Notes: generated by a model from the sequence alone, not told the origin. 64,000 bases of DNA from Chthoniobacteraceae bacterium (GCA_037190965.1 JBBCKI010000048.1:10297-74296); one strand, 5' to 3'; positions 43,754-52,729 are shown, counted from the first letter of the stretch. Numbers and translations: made by a program.

Positions 43754-44914
43754 ATGCACACAATCACCAATCAGCCTTCTTCTCACCGTAATTTTCCTCC
43801 ATTTAGCCTGACGCGCCTCCTAAAAACAGTTTTTGCGCCAAAAGCCGGTGAACGGATCTGCATTTTGATCGATCTCGCCGATCCTCGGGACGTCAAGGAC
43901 TTCGGCTTCCTCCGGAACCCTGCGCTGACCATCCAGCGCCATGCTTACGAGGATTTCTACCAGACCCTCAAAAACGGCGGCATGGCAGAGATGGGGCTCA
44001 CCGGGGGCGACTTCTACGCCTACGAAATCACCGGCGGCAGCAATCTCGACCTGCCGGACGCAGCCTTTGCCCCGGATGGCCGGGAACTCTCCCTTGAGCG
44101 GGACATTTACCCGAACTACGATCTCATCCTCTGCATCTCCACCTATTCGGCCACCGCGCCGCTGACCGCTTTTGCGAAAAAGTACGGCTTCCGGGGGGCG
44201 ACGCTCCACGGAGTCAACGCGATCATCCTCGGCTCCGGCCTCGCGGTCAATTACGACGAGGTGAGCCGCGACGCGGAGAAACTGCGCCTCGGGATGACCA
44301 AGGCCGACGCCGTGGAGATCGACTTTGACGTGGAAGGCCACCGCCACACCCTGCGCCTCGAACTCGCCGGGCAAGAGGCGCAGAAGAGCCACGGCCTCTG
44401 CCGGGGCGGCCCCGACGTTGCCAACCTCCCGGCGGGCGAAATCTACTACGTCCCCGCAGGCGCGGAGGGCGAGTTCCCGATGAAGTACGAAGACGGCACG
44501 CTCGGCCTGATGCGCGTCACCGGCGGGCGAATCGTGGAAGCCACGCTCATCAACGGCGACGCCAAAACCATCGAGGCACACAACGCCAAGCTGAAGAGCG
44601 ACCCCGTGACCGGCGAACTCGGCGAGCTCGGTTTCGGCACGCAGGTCCTCCCCGTCTCAGGCCGCGACATTCAGGATGAAAAGGTGCTCGGCACGCTCCA
44701 CGTCGCCACCGGCCGTAGCGATCATCTGGGAGGCAAACTGACGCCGGACCGTTTCGCCAACAAAATGAACGCCACCCACGACGACATCCTCTTCGCCCCG
44801 CACAAAACCCCCGAGGTCAACGTCACCCAGGCGCGGATGTTCAAAAACGGCGAAGTGAAGATCCTCATCGAGAACTTCGAACCTCGCTATATGCAGGAAT
44901 TGCTGGAGGCGTAG
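43754..44914 (+). CDS. Hypothetical protein, possibly M29 (aminopeptidase T/PepS)-like
   Basis: The 386-aa ORF starts at MHTITNQ. The C-terminal half (PAGEIYYVP...LGELGFGTQ...LHVATGRSDH) parallels the M29 motif order as I remember it. The function is uncertain. Confidence 0.7.
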   Translation: MHTITNQPSSHRNFPPFSLTRLLKTVFAPKAGERICILIDLADPRDVKDFGFLRNPALTIQRHAYEDFYQTLKNGGMAEMGLTGGDFYAYEITGGSNLDLPDAAFAPDGRELSLERDIYPNYDLILCISTYSATAPLTAFAKKYGFRGATLHGVNAIILGSGLAVNYDEVSRDAEKLRLGMTKADAVEIDFDVEGHRHTLRLELAGQEAQKSHGLCRGGPDVANLPAGEIYYVPAGAEGEFPMKYEDGTLGLMRVTGGRIVEATLINGDAKTIEAHNAKLKSDPVTGELGELGFGTQVLPVSGRDIQDEKVLGTLHVATGRSDHLGGKLTPDRFANKMNATHDDILFAPHKTPEVNVTQARMFKNGEVKILIENFEPRYMQELLEA

Positions 44915-44967
44915 AAATTCACGACTCTCGGATTAACGGCAGCCCAGCACCGTCCGCTGGCTGCCGA

Positions 44968-45140
44968 GGGGGGGGGGCCTTGGTGCGGCAGCACGGTAGC
45001 CCGCTCGCGCCGTCGAGCGCGGGTATCGGCTCCCGTAGCTTCATGAGGGCCTCATCCCAACACCGATAACCCGTCCTGCGGGGATGGGCGTCAAACGCGG
45101 CTCTTCGCCGATCCCGCGCTCTCGGCGAGAGCGGGCTACC
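44968..45140 (+). repeat. MITE-like interspersed repeat, family A copy 3
   Basis: The 146-bp core (44995-45140) is bounded by the TIRs ggtagcccgctcgcgccgtcgagcgcggg and cccgcgctctcggcgagagcgggctacc. It is preceded by a G10 homopolymer (44968-44977) and gcggcagcac. It marks the left edge of the lower-GC islet. Confidence 0.85.
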
Positions 45141-45791
45141 CGTCCCCCAAATCGATTGCGTTTCCGTCACGCATCCGATCGGGCGAAGCTCTGGCCCTTT
45201 CCTTGGTGCTCGCCATCTCTACTGGATTTTCAAGGGATGTTCGCTTTCAGGACCTTCAGATTAGCAGGCCAACAGAATGGACTATTGCTTCACCTGAGCG
45301 TTCGAATGCGTAGGCAGCTCGGTCGCGGAAACACTGATGCTTCGCAGTGCAGATGGCACCATGTAGATTACTGCTCAAAAGTTACCCCAGCGAATTTTCA
45401 ATCAGATAATGGAAGCAATGAAGAAGGAATTTGTCGAAATCGGCTTGGAAAGACGCAAAATGACAAGCTTACGGCATAGCTCGCTTTAATCAGTGGTTCC
45501 TTAGGCAATATTGCTGGCTACCCCTTCTCCATCTTTCAATTCCTCCGATTCCAATAACACTCCAGGGCTATTCAATTTCCAACATTACAGAGCTACTTCT
45601 CGCTTCTATTCACTTCAAAAACCGCGCGCAACTGCGTGGCAATCGCGAGGACGTTCCGCCAGCGCCCTCCCCTTTTGACCTTGACTATAGAGCGGGCAAA
45701 GTTGTGTAACGTACCCAGATTCATGGCGGAAGGAAGAAAGCCTCTTTCCACCAGGAAGGGAGCATCCCAAAAACGAAGGTTTGATAATAAT

Positions 45792-47855
45792 ATGAAAAGG
45801 AAGGCCAACAAAACGGATCGATGGAAACTACAGATGGGCGCGCAAGCAGTACGCCCCCCGCGAAGCACAAACTGGTTTAAGATGCTTCCGACTATCATCT
45901 TAAACATTGCCGCTGCTTCATCGGCAATGGCGTCTGCTTGGACAGGTGAAGGCACAAACAGCTATTTCGACAATCCCGTCAACTGGAGCAGCGGCGTCCT
46001 GCCTTCAAGCAATGGTGCTAGCGCGGTGTTTGATCGGCTCGCGAGTGTGGAATTCCGAGCATCCGGCGGAGCCTCCTCCCTTTTCATAGGCCAGTCCACG
46101 AGTTTTCTTCTCCAGGGGCGGACATTTTCGACCTCCTCTACCTATATTAATCAGAAAGCATTTTTTACCATAGATGGCGGAATGGCCTCTCTGGGTGACG
46201 TCAGCCTATCCGGCGGAATTACGGCAAAAGGCGCCGGAACGATCGTGTCCGCAGGTTCCATCCAAGGTGAAGGCTCCGGCGTAAGTATCTTGCAATTCAG
46301 CAATGGCGCTATTTTAAGCGCCGATTCTGTTTCCGGCGTAAAGTCCATCCAGTTTCTCTCCGGTGCCGTGGGCGACGTGGGAGGCCTTGGGCTTATGCAG
46401 GGGCAATCCCTGGTGGTAAGCGGGGCAGGAACAAGCCTTGGCGTTTCTTCTCTCTCCAACAATGGAGGCCAAGTTTCGCTTAGCGCCGGAGCGCAACTGA
46501 ACTCGACTGGATACAACGCAATTGGAAACCTCTCGGTTTCCGGAGCTGGAAGCCAATTTATCGGCGAATGGTTGACCGATGCCAGATCGGTCTCCATTAG
46601 TGATGGAGGCAGTCTTTCTGTCCTAGGTGTTGATTTCAGCTACGGTGGTCAACTTACTGTTTCCGGTCCGGGCAGCAGCCTTTCGAGCCGTCACCTTACC
46701 GGTTCGGTGGACATTAACATTTCCAATGGAGGCTCCATCACGGCAGTAGAAACTCAAAATCTGGGCAGCCTTTCGATTTCGGGTGGAAGTTCAAGCTACA
46801 AGAGTTCCAGTACAACCAGAATCAAGGATGTATTTTCCCTCCGTGATGGCGCCAGCATGTCGGTTCAGCAGTTAAATCTTTCGGGCGCCTCTTCCATCCA
46901 GAATGCTGTTCTGATCGCCAATCAAATTGATAACTCAGGTGCCCTGGAGATCCGGGAAAGCAGCATCGCTCCTCGCGACAAGGGCGGCGCATTCACCAAC
47001 TCCGGTTCCCTAACCGGAGATTTCGCCTCCGAATACCAGTTGAACAATTTCGGTCACGTATCCATCGAACGCGAGGATTCGATGGTGTTTCGAAGAGGCG
47101 GAAACTATTCCATCGGCTATATCAACGTACGCGGTTCGATGGAGTTCCTTGAATATTTCACCAATGACGGCACGATTGTGCTTTCCGGGTCGCTCCGGGC
47201 CAATGACTTGCTTACCAACCAGCGCACGATTGAAGTCAGCGGTACGGCCAGTATTGGGGGTGGAGATTTCTACAACAACACGTCGGGTTCGGTCGCCGTA
47301 CTCGGGCAGTCCAGGGTGAATTTCCTGGATGACGTCGTGAACGATGGCACGATCGCAATCGCCCTTGATTCAACGGCCGTTTTCCATGGGAGTTATTCCG
47401 GCAACGGTTCGATTACCGGTACGGGAACTTCGGTTTTGCTCGGCGATCTCCGCCCCGGCCATAGCCCCGGCAGTCAAACCTTCGAAGGCGATGTCGTTTT
47501 TGGAGATGATTTCAGCTACACCGTCGAAATTGGCGGGCTTACTCAGGGAAGCGAGTATGACGTCATCCACGTTGGCGGTCTTCTCACTCTGGATGGAACC
47601 CTCTCCATTTCGCTATTGAACGGCGTTTCCTTGAAACAAGGAGATACTTTCGAGATTCTAACCTTCGGAGCGATTGAGGGAGAGTTCGCCGCGTTTCAGG
47701 GCCTTACGTTTGAGGGCCTCTCTTTCGAAACCATCTGGGGCGCGAATAATTTGACGCTTATGGTGATTCCCGAGCCGAACGCGGCGACCCTGCTGCTCCC
47801 TGGCTTGGCTGGCGTCATCGCCTTCGGCTGGCGTCGTCGCTGGAAGCAATCTTAG
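45792..47855 (+). CDS. Secreted beta-helix-like repeat protein with PEP-CTERM anchor (distinct family from 18-25 kb paralogs)
   Basis: The C-terminus VIPEPNAATLLLPGLAGVIAFGWRRRWKQS is a PEP-CTERM signal. S/G-rich repeats (SVSGAGSQF, TVSGPGSSL, ...) are present. The start is ambiguous: ATG 45792 (MKRKANK) or ATG 45882 (MLPTIILNIAAASSAMA). GC3 is visibly lower, with TTA and ATA codons in use. Confidence 0.82.
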   Translation: MKRKANKTDRWKLQMGAQAVRPPRSTNWFKMLPTIILNIAAASSAMASAWTGEGTNSYFDNPVNWSSGVLPSSNGASAVFDRLASVEFRASGGASSLFIGQSTSFLLQGRTFSTSSTYINQKAFFTIDGGMASLGDVSLSGGITAKGAGTIVSAGSIQGEGSGVSILQFSNGAILSADSVSGVKSIQFLSGAVGDVGGLGLMQGQSLVVSGAGTSLGVSSLSNNGGQVSLSAGAQLNSTGYNAIGNLSVSGAGSQFIGEWLTDARSVSISDGGSLSVLGVDFSYGGQLTVSGPGSSLSSRHLTGSVDINISNGGSITAVETQNLGSLSISGGSSSYKSSSTTRIKDVFSLRDGASMSVQQLNLSGASSIQNAVLIANQIDNSGALEIRESSIAPRDKGGAFTNSGSLTGDFASEYQLNNFGHVSIEREDSMVFRRGGNYSIGYINVRGSMEFLEYFTNDGTIVLSGSLRANDLLTNQRTIEVSGTASIGGGDFYNNTSGSVAVLGQSRVNFLDDVVNDGTIAIALDSTAVFHGSYSGNGSITGTGTSVLLGDLRPGHSPGSQTFEGDVVFGDDFSYTVEIGGLTQGSEYDVIHVGGLLTLDGTLSISLLNGVSLKQGDTFEILTFGAIEGEFAAFQGLTFEGLSFETIWGANNLTLMVIPEPNAATLLLPGLAGVIAFGWRRRWKQS

Positions 47856-48248
47856 GGCAGAATCGAGTTCGCACGCAAGCGGGGTAGACTCTTCGGGCGT
47901 CGACCCGATTGAACACACGTCCGGGCAAAGCCGGTGTTCCGTTCCATGCTGGAACGGGAAGAATCGGCGGTTTCCGGTCTTTACTCCAAACGCTTGTACC
48001 GGTAATGTTTGGGTGTTCGGCAATAGTCGAATCGGGGTGTAAGAGCCCCGCCAAAGCGGTTCGGTATTGACCGGAACAATGCCGTCTTCTCGTCCTCAAA
48101 AAGGTCGGGGAGACGGCGACGCATGTCCAGGCTGTGGCCTCGCGCCACGGCTAAAGGTCGTCGTGGCTGTCTTTGGCGGTCTCTTAACTCCCCGACCACC
48201 TTGAGAAATCAAGGTGGTCGCTTTGTTAACCGCCCAGACGGACCGACC

Positions 48249-48923
48249 ATGAATGACGATCCCTTTATTCCCACCTCCGAAACCGTGACAGTTGCGCAGG
48301 GCTGTCAGGAAGAGATGCCCCTTGAAGCATTGTTCAGGATTTCGACCTGCTACGCGGGTATTGGCTCCAGAAACACCCCGCGTCCAGTCCTGATCCTTAT
48401 GGGCGAGATTGCCATGATGCTGGCCGACTACGGCTTGATTCTTCGGAGCGGAGGAGCCCCCGGAGCAGACACCGCCTTTGAAAATGGGTGCGATCGGAGG
48501 GGCAGAAAGAAGGAAATCTTCCTTCCGTGGAAAAGGTTCAATAATCACCCGTCCCCTTTCTTCGATCCTCCTGAAGACGCCCGGATACTCGCCTCCTTTT
48601 GCCATCCAAACTGGACGGCTTGCGGATCTACCGCTCGTAAGCTTCACGCCAGAAATTGCCAACAGGTGGTTGGTCTTCATCTGAACGACCCGGTGGATTT
48701 CGTCCTCTTGTGGGCTCCCGAAGAGAGCGGCCGGGTTAAAGGAGGCACGGCCACCGCCGTGAACCTCGCCCGACGAATGAAGATTCCGACCTTCAATTTG
48801 TGGGATGAATCCACCTATGAACGGTGGAAGGAAATGATAGCCACCCATCAGAGACGCCAGGAACTCCTCTGGCGCCGCATTCTTTCGTGGTTGGGAAATA
48901 GGGAAGGCGAGGACCATGACTGA
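48249..48923 (+). CDS. DprA/Smf-like SLOG-fold (Rossmann) protein
   Basis: The motifs YAGIGSRNTP ... LADYGLILRSGGAPGADTAFENG ... KGGTATAVNLARRMKIPTFNL parallel the DprA/SLOG nucleotide- or ssDNA-binding fold. I placed the start at MNDDPFIP, because the longer track ORF (from 48123) runs through a perfect hairpin. Confidence 0.7.
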   Translation: MNDDPFIPTSETVTVAQGCQEEMPLEALFRISTCYAGIGSRNTPRPVLILMGEIAMMLADYGLILRSGGAPGADTAFENGCDRRGRKKEIFLPWKRFNNHPSPFFDPPEDARILASFCHPNWTACGSTARKLHARNCQQVVGLHLNDPVDFVLLWAPEESGRVKGGTATAVNLARRMKIPTFNLWDESTYERWKEMIATHQRRQELLWRRILSWLGNREGEDHD

Positions 48924-48940
48924 TCCCTCACTCAAGCAGC

Positions 48941-49483
48941 ATGGATCATGTCCTTGATCTCCGTTTAAAATACTGGTGTCCGAGTCCTCATTTTTTGGCG
49001 AACACCAAGAATCAGGCACCGGCAATTGAACCAAAAGGTACTGAGATCGCCGCAAGATCGGCAAGATTGCCTGAAAGGGAGATATTGAACTCCGAAGTTC
49101 ACTCAATTGTTGAATGGACTCGACCCCTCTCCAATACTCTGGGAACCCATCTCGCCTAAGGCACAATGAAAGAATCTGATTAGAAGATTTTCAGCCGGGA
49201 GCTTTATCCGTCCGCGCGCACCCGGTATTCGCAAAAGACGCTTGATGATCTGGCAGCGCTCTCTGCGAATAGCGAAAAGGATCCTCACGAAAGATATCTC
49301 GATATTTCCGAGCTAATCCGAAAGAGAAATAAGGAAATCGCCCAGATATTCGCCAGTCTCTCACGTTCGAGTGCCTTTTTGGGGTTTCAAATTTACTCCC
49401 GAAACCTGATCACCGAAAATCAGTTGATGAAACTATCCCCGGAAACCCGCGCCAGTCTGCATTCACAAATTGAGAAAAGGTGA
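48941..49483 (+). pseudogene. Decayed ORF of ~180 codons interrupted by two in-frame stops
   Basis: Three open segments share one frame: 48941-49156, then TAA at 49157; ATG 49166-49180, then TAG at 49181; and 49184-49480. The offset 49166 minus 48941 is 225 nt. The last 99-codon segment has no ATG, GTG or TTG start near its 5-prime end. Confidence 0.5.
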
Positions 49484-49484
49484 G

Positions 49485-49629
49485 CCTTCGGCTGCAAGGA
49501 GTGCGGCGTCGCGGAGCTCCGCCCTCCGTTGGGGGGTGTTGCCACATCGGAAGAACCTCTCGCCCTGCGCGCGCTTGCCGCGCGGGAGAGGGAGGGCGGA
49601 GTTCCACGACGCCGCCTGTGGCCAAAGGC
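49485..49629. repeat. Palindromic intergenic repeat, family C copy 2
   Basis: The arms are gcggcgtcgcggagctccgccctcc (49503-49527) and ggagggcggagttccacgacgccgc (49591-49615), plus an outer stem gccttcggc.../...gccaaaggc. It is homologous to 10821-10919. It lies between convergent genes at the right edge of the islet. Confidence 0.8.
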
Positions 49630-49689
49630 CCTTTACTTCTTCTTCTCAACCACTCGTGGTTGTGCCGCCTTTTCGAGGTTGAAAGGAAA

Positions 49690-52632
49690 TCAGTGAAGAC
49701 CAAGCAGCGAAGCCAAGGCTGATATCGTCACCTGCCCTGCGACAGCACCCCCTGGCGTCAACTCCTCCCGGCCAAAAGACAGGCGGTAAGGATTAGCCGG
49801 TTTTCCTGCAAGGAATTCCTGACTTGCCTTGAAGGGATAAAGGGCCGTTGGCTTTTGGGCCGGGGTCCCCACCGAGGCCACCGCCTCCCAGATCATCTTG
49901 GGATCACTCACTTCTCTCAACGCCGAAGCGGAGCGCCCCTTTGGATTCAGCTTGAAGAGATGTACCGCAATCGCATCCCGCTCTGCGGCTGGAAGGCGAA
50001 CATGCGATGAGGCGCTGAGAAGACGCTTCCAGGCATTGAGATACTCGGGATCAAGCGCGACCGCCTTCCGATAGTGAGCCAGCGCTTCATCATAGCGCTT
50101 CTGCTCATCCCGCAGATAGCCAAGGAGGTAAAAGACCTGAGGCTTGTCCGGATTTTTCCGGCTCAAATCGGTAAAGATCGTTTCCGCGATCCCTTGCTGC
50201 TGCGTCCCTTCAAACGCCTGTTCGCAGCCAAAGCAATGACTCTCCACCCGTCCGAAGCTATCCGGCATCAATTCGTAAGCCCGCCGATAATGCTCTTCGG
50301 CTTCCTTCATCCTGCCGAGATTGAAAAGCTGCCGCGCAAGCCGCGATTGGATGCAATAGGCATCCGCAAAATGAGTCAGCGACTCCTGGTACATTTTTAC
50401 CGCCCGGCTCAGCAACCCCGCCTCGTAGAACCGATCAGCCTTCTCCGAAAGCCGAATTGCCTTCACAACGTTACGGTATAAAGCCACGTCCTTTGTATCC
50501 CCCCGGGCTTCGAGAATATCCGCCAGGATAGCGTAAGCGCGCATCCGGTCGTTGGGGCCCTGCTCCCCGTCGGACGGATCAATCGCGATGGCCTTGCGGA
50601 TCGTCGCCTCCGCTTCCGGTAGCCGCTTGGCATCCAATAGGAGTTTCGCCTTCCAGATCAACGGCCGTTCCTCAAAGGGATCCGCCGCAAAAAGGGCATC
50701 CAGCTTCGCCTCGGCTTCCGGTCCAGCCAGTTCCAATAGAAGTTCATAGCCACGATCGAAGCCAGGTCGATCCGTCAACGTCGCTTCGATAATGGGACGA
50801 GCCGCTGCCGCCTGACCGGTCTTGGCCAAAGCCGCTGCAACCAGGTACCCGACAGGAAAGTCTTCCTTCGCCGAACCCAAAGCATCCGTCTGCCTGGAAT
50901 AAATTGCAGCCAGATCCGCAACACCCCAATCGGGAGATTGATCCATGAGCGCAAGCACATCGCGATAGTTGCCGGATTGGTGATACAACGCCGCGAGACT
51001 TAGAAGTGCATCCTGACATCCATCGGGCGATGCATAGCCTCCGGAAGCGGCAGCTTTGTTCTGCTTGACCTTGCTCAGCAAATAGTCCGCCAGGACTTTC
51101 TCGGCAGCACCGTTTTTGCCTGCCGCAAAAAGAATTCCGGCAATCTGCTGATCGTTTTGGTCAGCGCTGCTGTCGAAAGCCGTCTTCTCGGCAGCACCGT
51201 CGGCACGCAAAATTGCCAGCCCCTCCTCCACCAACGCAGGCTTCTGCAAGACTAACCCGAGTTGAGCTAAACGAAGCGCTAACTCAGAACGCTTTTTACT
51301 AGCCTCCGATGGGCTTCCCGTCCCTTTTTCACCGGCCACCAAAGCCTTTCGGATCACCGCCAATCCTTCCTCCACCTGATCGGCGGCAAGCAGGGCATCG
51401 ATCAGAGCCTCATCCAACTCATTTCGCCTTTCCGGGGACAAAGTCTTCACGGCCACCCCCGCCCGGACTCGTTCCAACATCTTATCCGTCGCTCCGACCT
51501 TGGCAGAAAGCCCGATATAGAAACTCCAGAAAGGAAGATCCGGATTTTTGGAAAGGAGCTTATCAAGAAAATCGAAGGCCTGCTCGCCCCGCCCCGCCTT
51601 TACCAGGGCTGCAAGGGAAGGCCCCGCAATACCGCCCTCCGAGGGAAACTTTTCCGCAACGGCAAGCGCCTTTTCTGTTTCGCCCCGCGCAATCAAACCT
51701 ACTAGATAGTAAACCCTCGCCTCTCTTGCATCATAGTCCTGTTGACTGGAAATATCGGCGGGAAAGCGGCGCTCCAACGCCTCATAAAGCTCTCCGGCAT
51801 CGAGGGAGGCCGCCAGCGCCCATTGAGGACTTTTCAAAGCATCCACCCGCTCCAATGCGATTTTCCGGGCTAGTTCCAGCGTCTTATCCCCCTCCGAAAC
51901 GGAAAGTTTGACGTTCTCAGCCGTCAATGCCGTTCGGAGAACTTCTGCCGCGCGCTCTTCCCCCAGGATCGTGGCCAGATCCGGAACGGCAAAATCCATG
52001 GGATAAGACATCTTGTTCTTCTGGAGCCACTTCAGCTGCTCTTGAAGACTATTGAGAATTTGATTTGGATCATCCGATCTGTCGATCAGCGCCTGTCTCA
52101 AGAGATAAAGAAGTTGGGCGGATTGCCCTCCGTAACGAGGATCTTCCGTCTCGCCCGCAGCCTCCAAAGCCGAGAATTCCTTCTCAAACGCGGCGCGGTC
52201 GGACGTCAAGCTTGCCACGAGCATCCGAAGACCGATCTCGCGAACCGTCGCTTTCGCCTTCGCCGTAGGCCGCGCCAGGACTTCCTTTTTCAGAACATCC
52301 CAAGCTGCGGGCGGCGGAAGAGCGGCGATCAGCAATCTCCCTTCCGGCACATATCCAAACTGTTCTGTCAAAGACGCATGGGCATCGAAGAGACTCAGCC
52401 ATTCCTTGACGGCCGCTTCCACAGGGAGACCAGCCCCCTTCTTCTGCAAATCGCCCACCCGCCTCTTCCACAATTCGCGGGCGTCGGGTGGAAGAGCATC
52501 GCCGCCTTCAGCGGCAACCCGTTTCAAAATCGCCTCCGCTCCTTGGTAATGATCTGCCGCTCTCAATGGACAGAGCGACAACAACGTGACAGCGACAAGA
52601 TAGGGGGAAAATCGCGCGGCAACCGTGACCAT
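49690..52632 (-). CDS. Large secreted TPR-repeat protein
   Basis: The 980-aa ORF has a signal peptide (VAVTLLSLCPLRAADH). The C-terminal third holds recognisable TPR units (AEEHYRRAYELMPD, ALAHYRKAVALDPEYLNAW). Confidence 0.85.
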   Translation of the reverse strand: MVTVAARFSPYLVAVTLLSLCPLRAADHYQGAEAILKRVAAEGGDALPPDARELWKRRVGDLQKKGAGLPVEAAVKEWLSLFDAHASLTEQFGYVPEGRLLIAALPPPAAWDVLKKEVLARPTAKAKATVREIGLRMLVASLTSDRAAFEKEFSALEAAGETEDPRYGGQSAQLLYLLRQALIDRSDDPNQILNSLQEQLKWLQKNKMSYPMDFAVPDLATILGEERAAEVLRTALTAENVKLSVSEGDKTLELARKIALERVDALKSPQWALAASLDAGELYEALERRFPADISSQQDYDAREARVYYLVGLIARGETEKALAVAEKFPSEGGIAGPSLAALVKAGRGEQAFDFLDKLLSKNPDLPFWSFYIGLSAKVGATDKMLERVRAGVAVKTLSPERRNELDEALIDALLAADQVEEGLAVIRKALVAGEKGTGSPSEASKKRSELALRLAQLGLVLQKPALVEEGLAILRADGAAEKTAFDSSADQNDQQIAGILFAAGKNGAAEKVLADYLLSKVKQNKAAASGGYASPDGCQDALLSLAALYHQSGNYRDVLALMDQSPDWGVADLAAIYSRQTDALGSAKEDFPVGYLVAAALAKTGQAAAARPIIEATLTDRPGFDRGYELLLELAGPEAEAKLDALFAADPFEERPLIWKAKLLLDAKRLPEAEATIRKAIAIDPSDGEQGPNDRMRAYAILADILEARGDTKDVALYRNVVKAIRLSEKADRFYEAGLLSRAVKMYQESLTHFADAYCIQSRLARQLFNLGRMKEAEEHYRRAYELMPDSFGRVESHCFGCEQAFEGTQQQGIAETIFTDLSRKNPDKPQVFYLLGYLRDEQKRYDEALAHYRKAVALDPEYLNAWKRLLSASSHVRLPAAERDAIAVHLFKLNPKGRSASALREVSDPKMIWEAVASVGTPAQKPTALYPFKASQEFLAGKPANPYRLSFGREELTPGGAVAGQVTISALASLLGLH

Positions 52633-52729
52633 TTGCCCGTGTTAAACAATCACACTCAATATAGCCAGCCTTTTCAGGCAGCCGACGTTCGAAGGAAGTA
52701 TCAGCAGATCTAAACGCCACTTCCGCGAA

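Noticed and set aside
45141-45790. A 650-bp AT-richer non-coding stretch, examined for ncRNA genes (RNase P, SRP, tmRNA, 6S), tRNAs, small ORFs and promoters.
   Set aside because: I found no signature motif of those RNAs and no tRNA-like T-arm. Only 26-27-codon ORFs without an RBS are present (for example MEAMKKEFVEIGLERRKMTSLRHSSL at 45410). The promoter-like hexamers have poor spacing. The stretch is left unannotated, and a covariance-model scan would be needed.
48096-49166. A 356-aa minus-strand ORF covering the SLOG-like gene region.
   Set aside because: It has no motifs and its sequence looks like junk. The plus-strand frame carries the GIGSR...SGGAPGAD signature. I kept only the plus-strand call.
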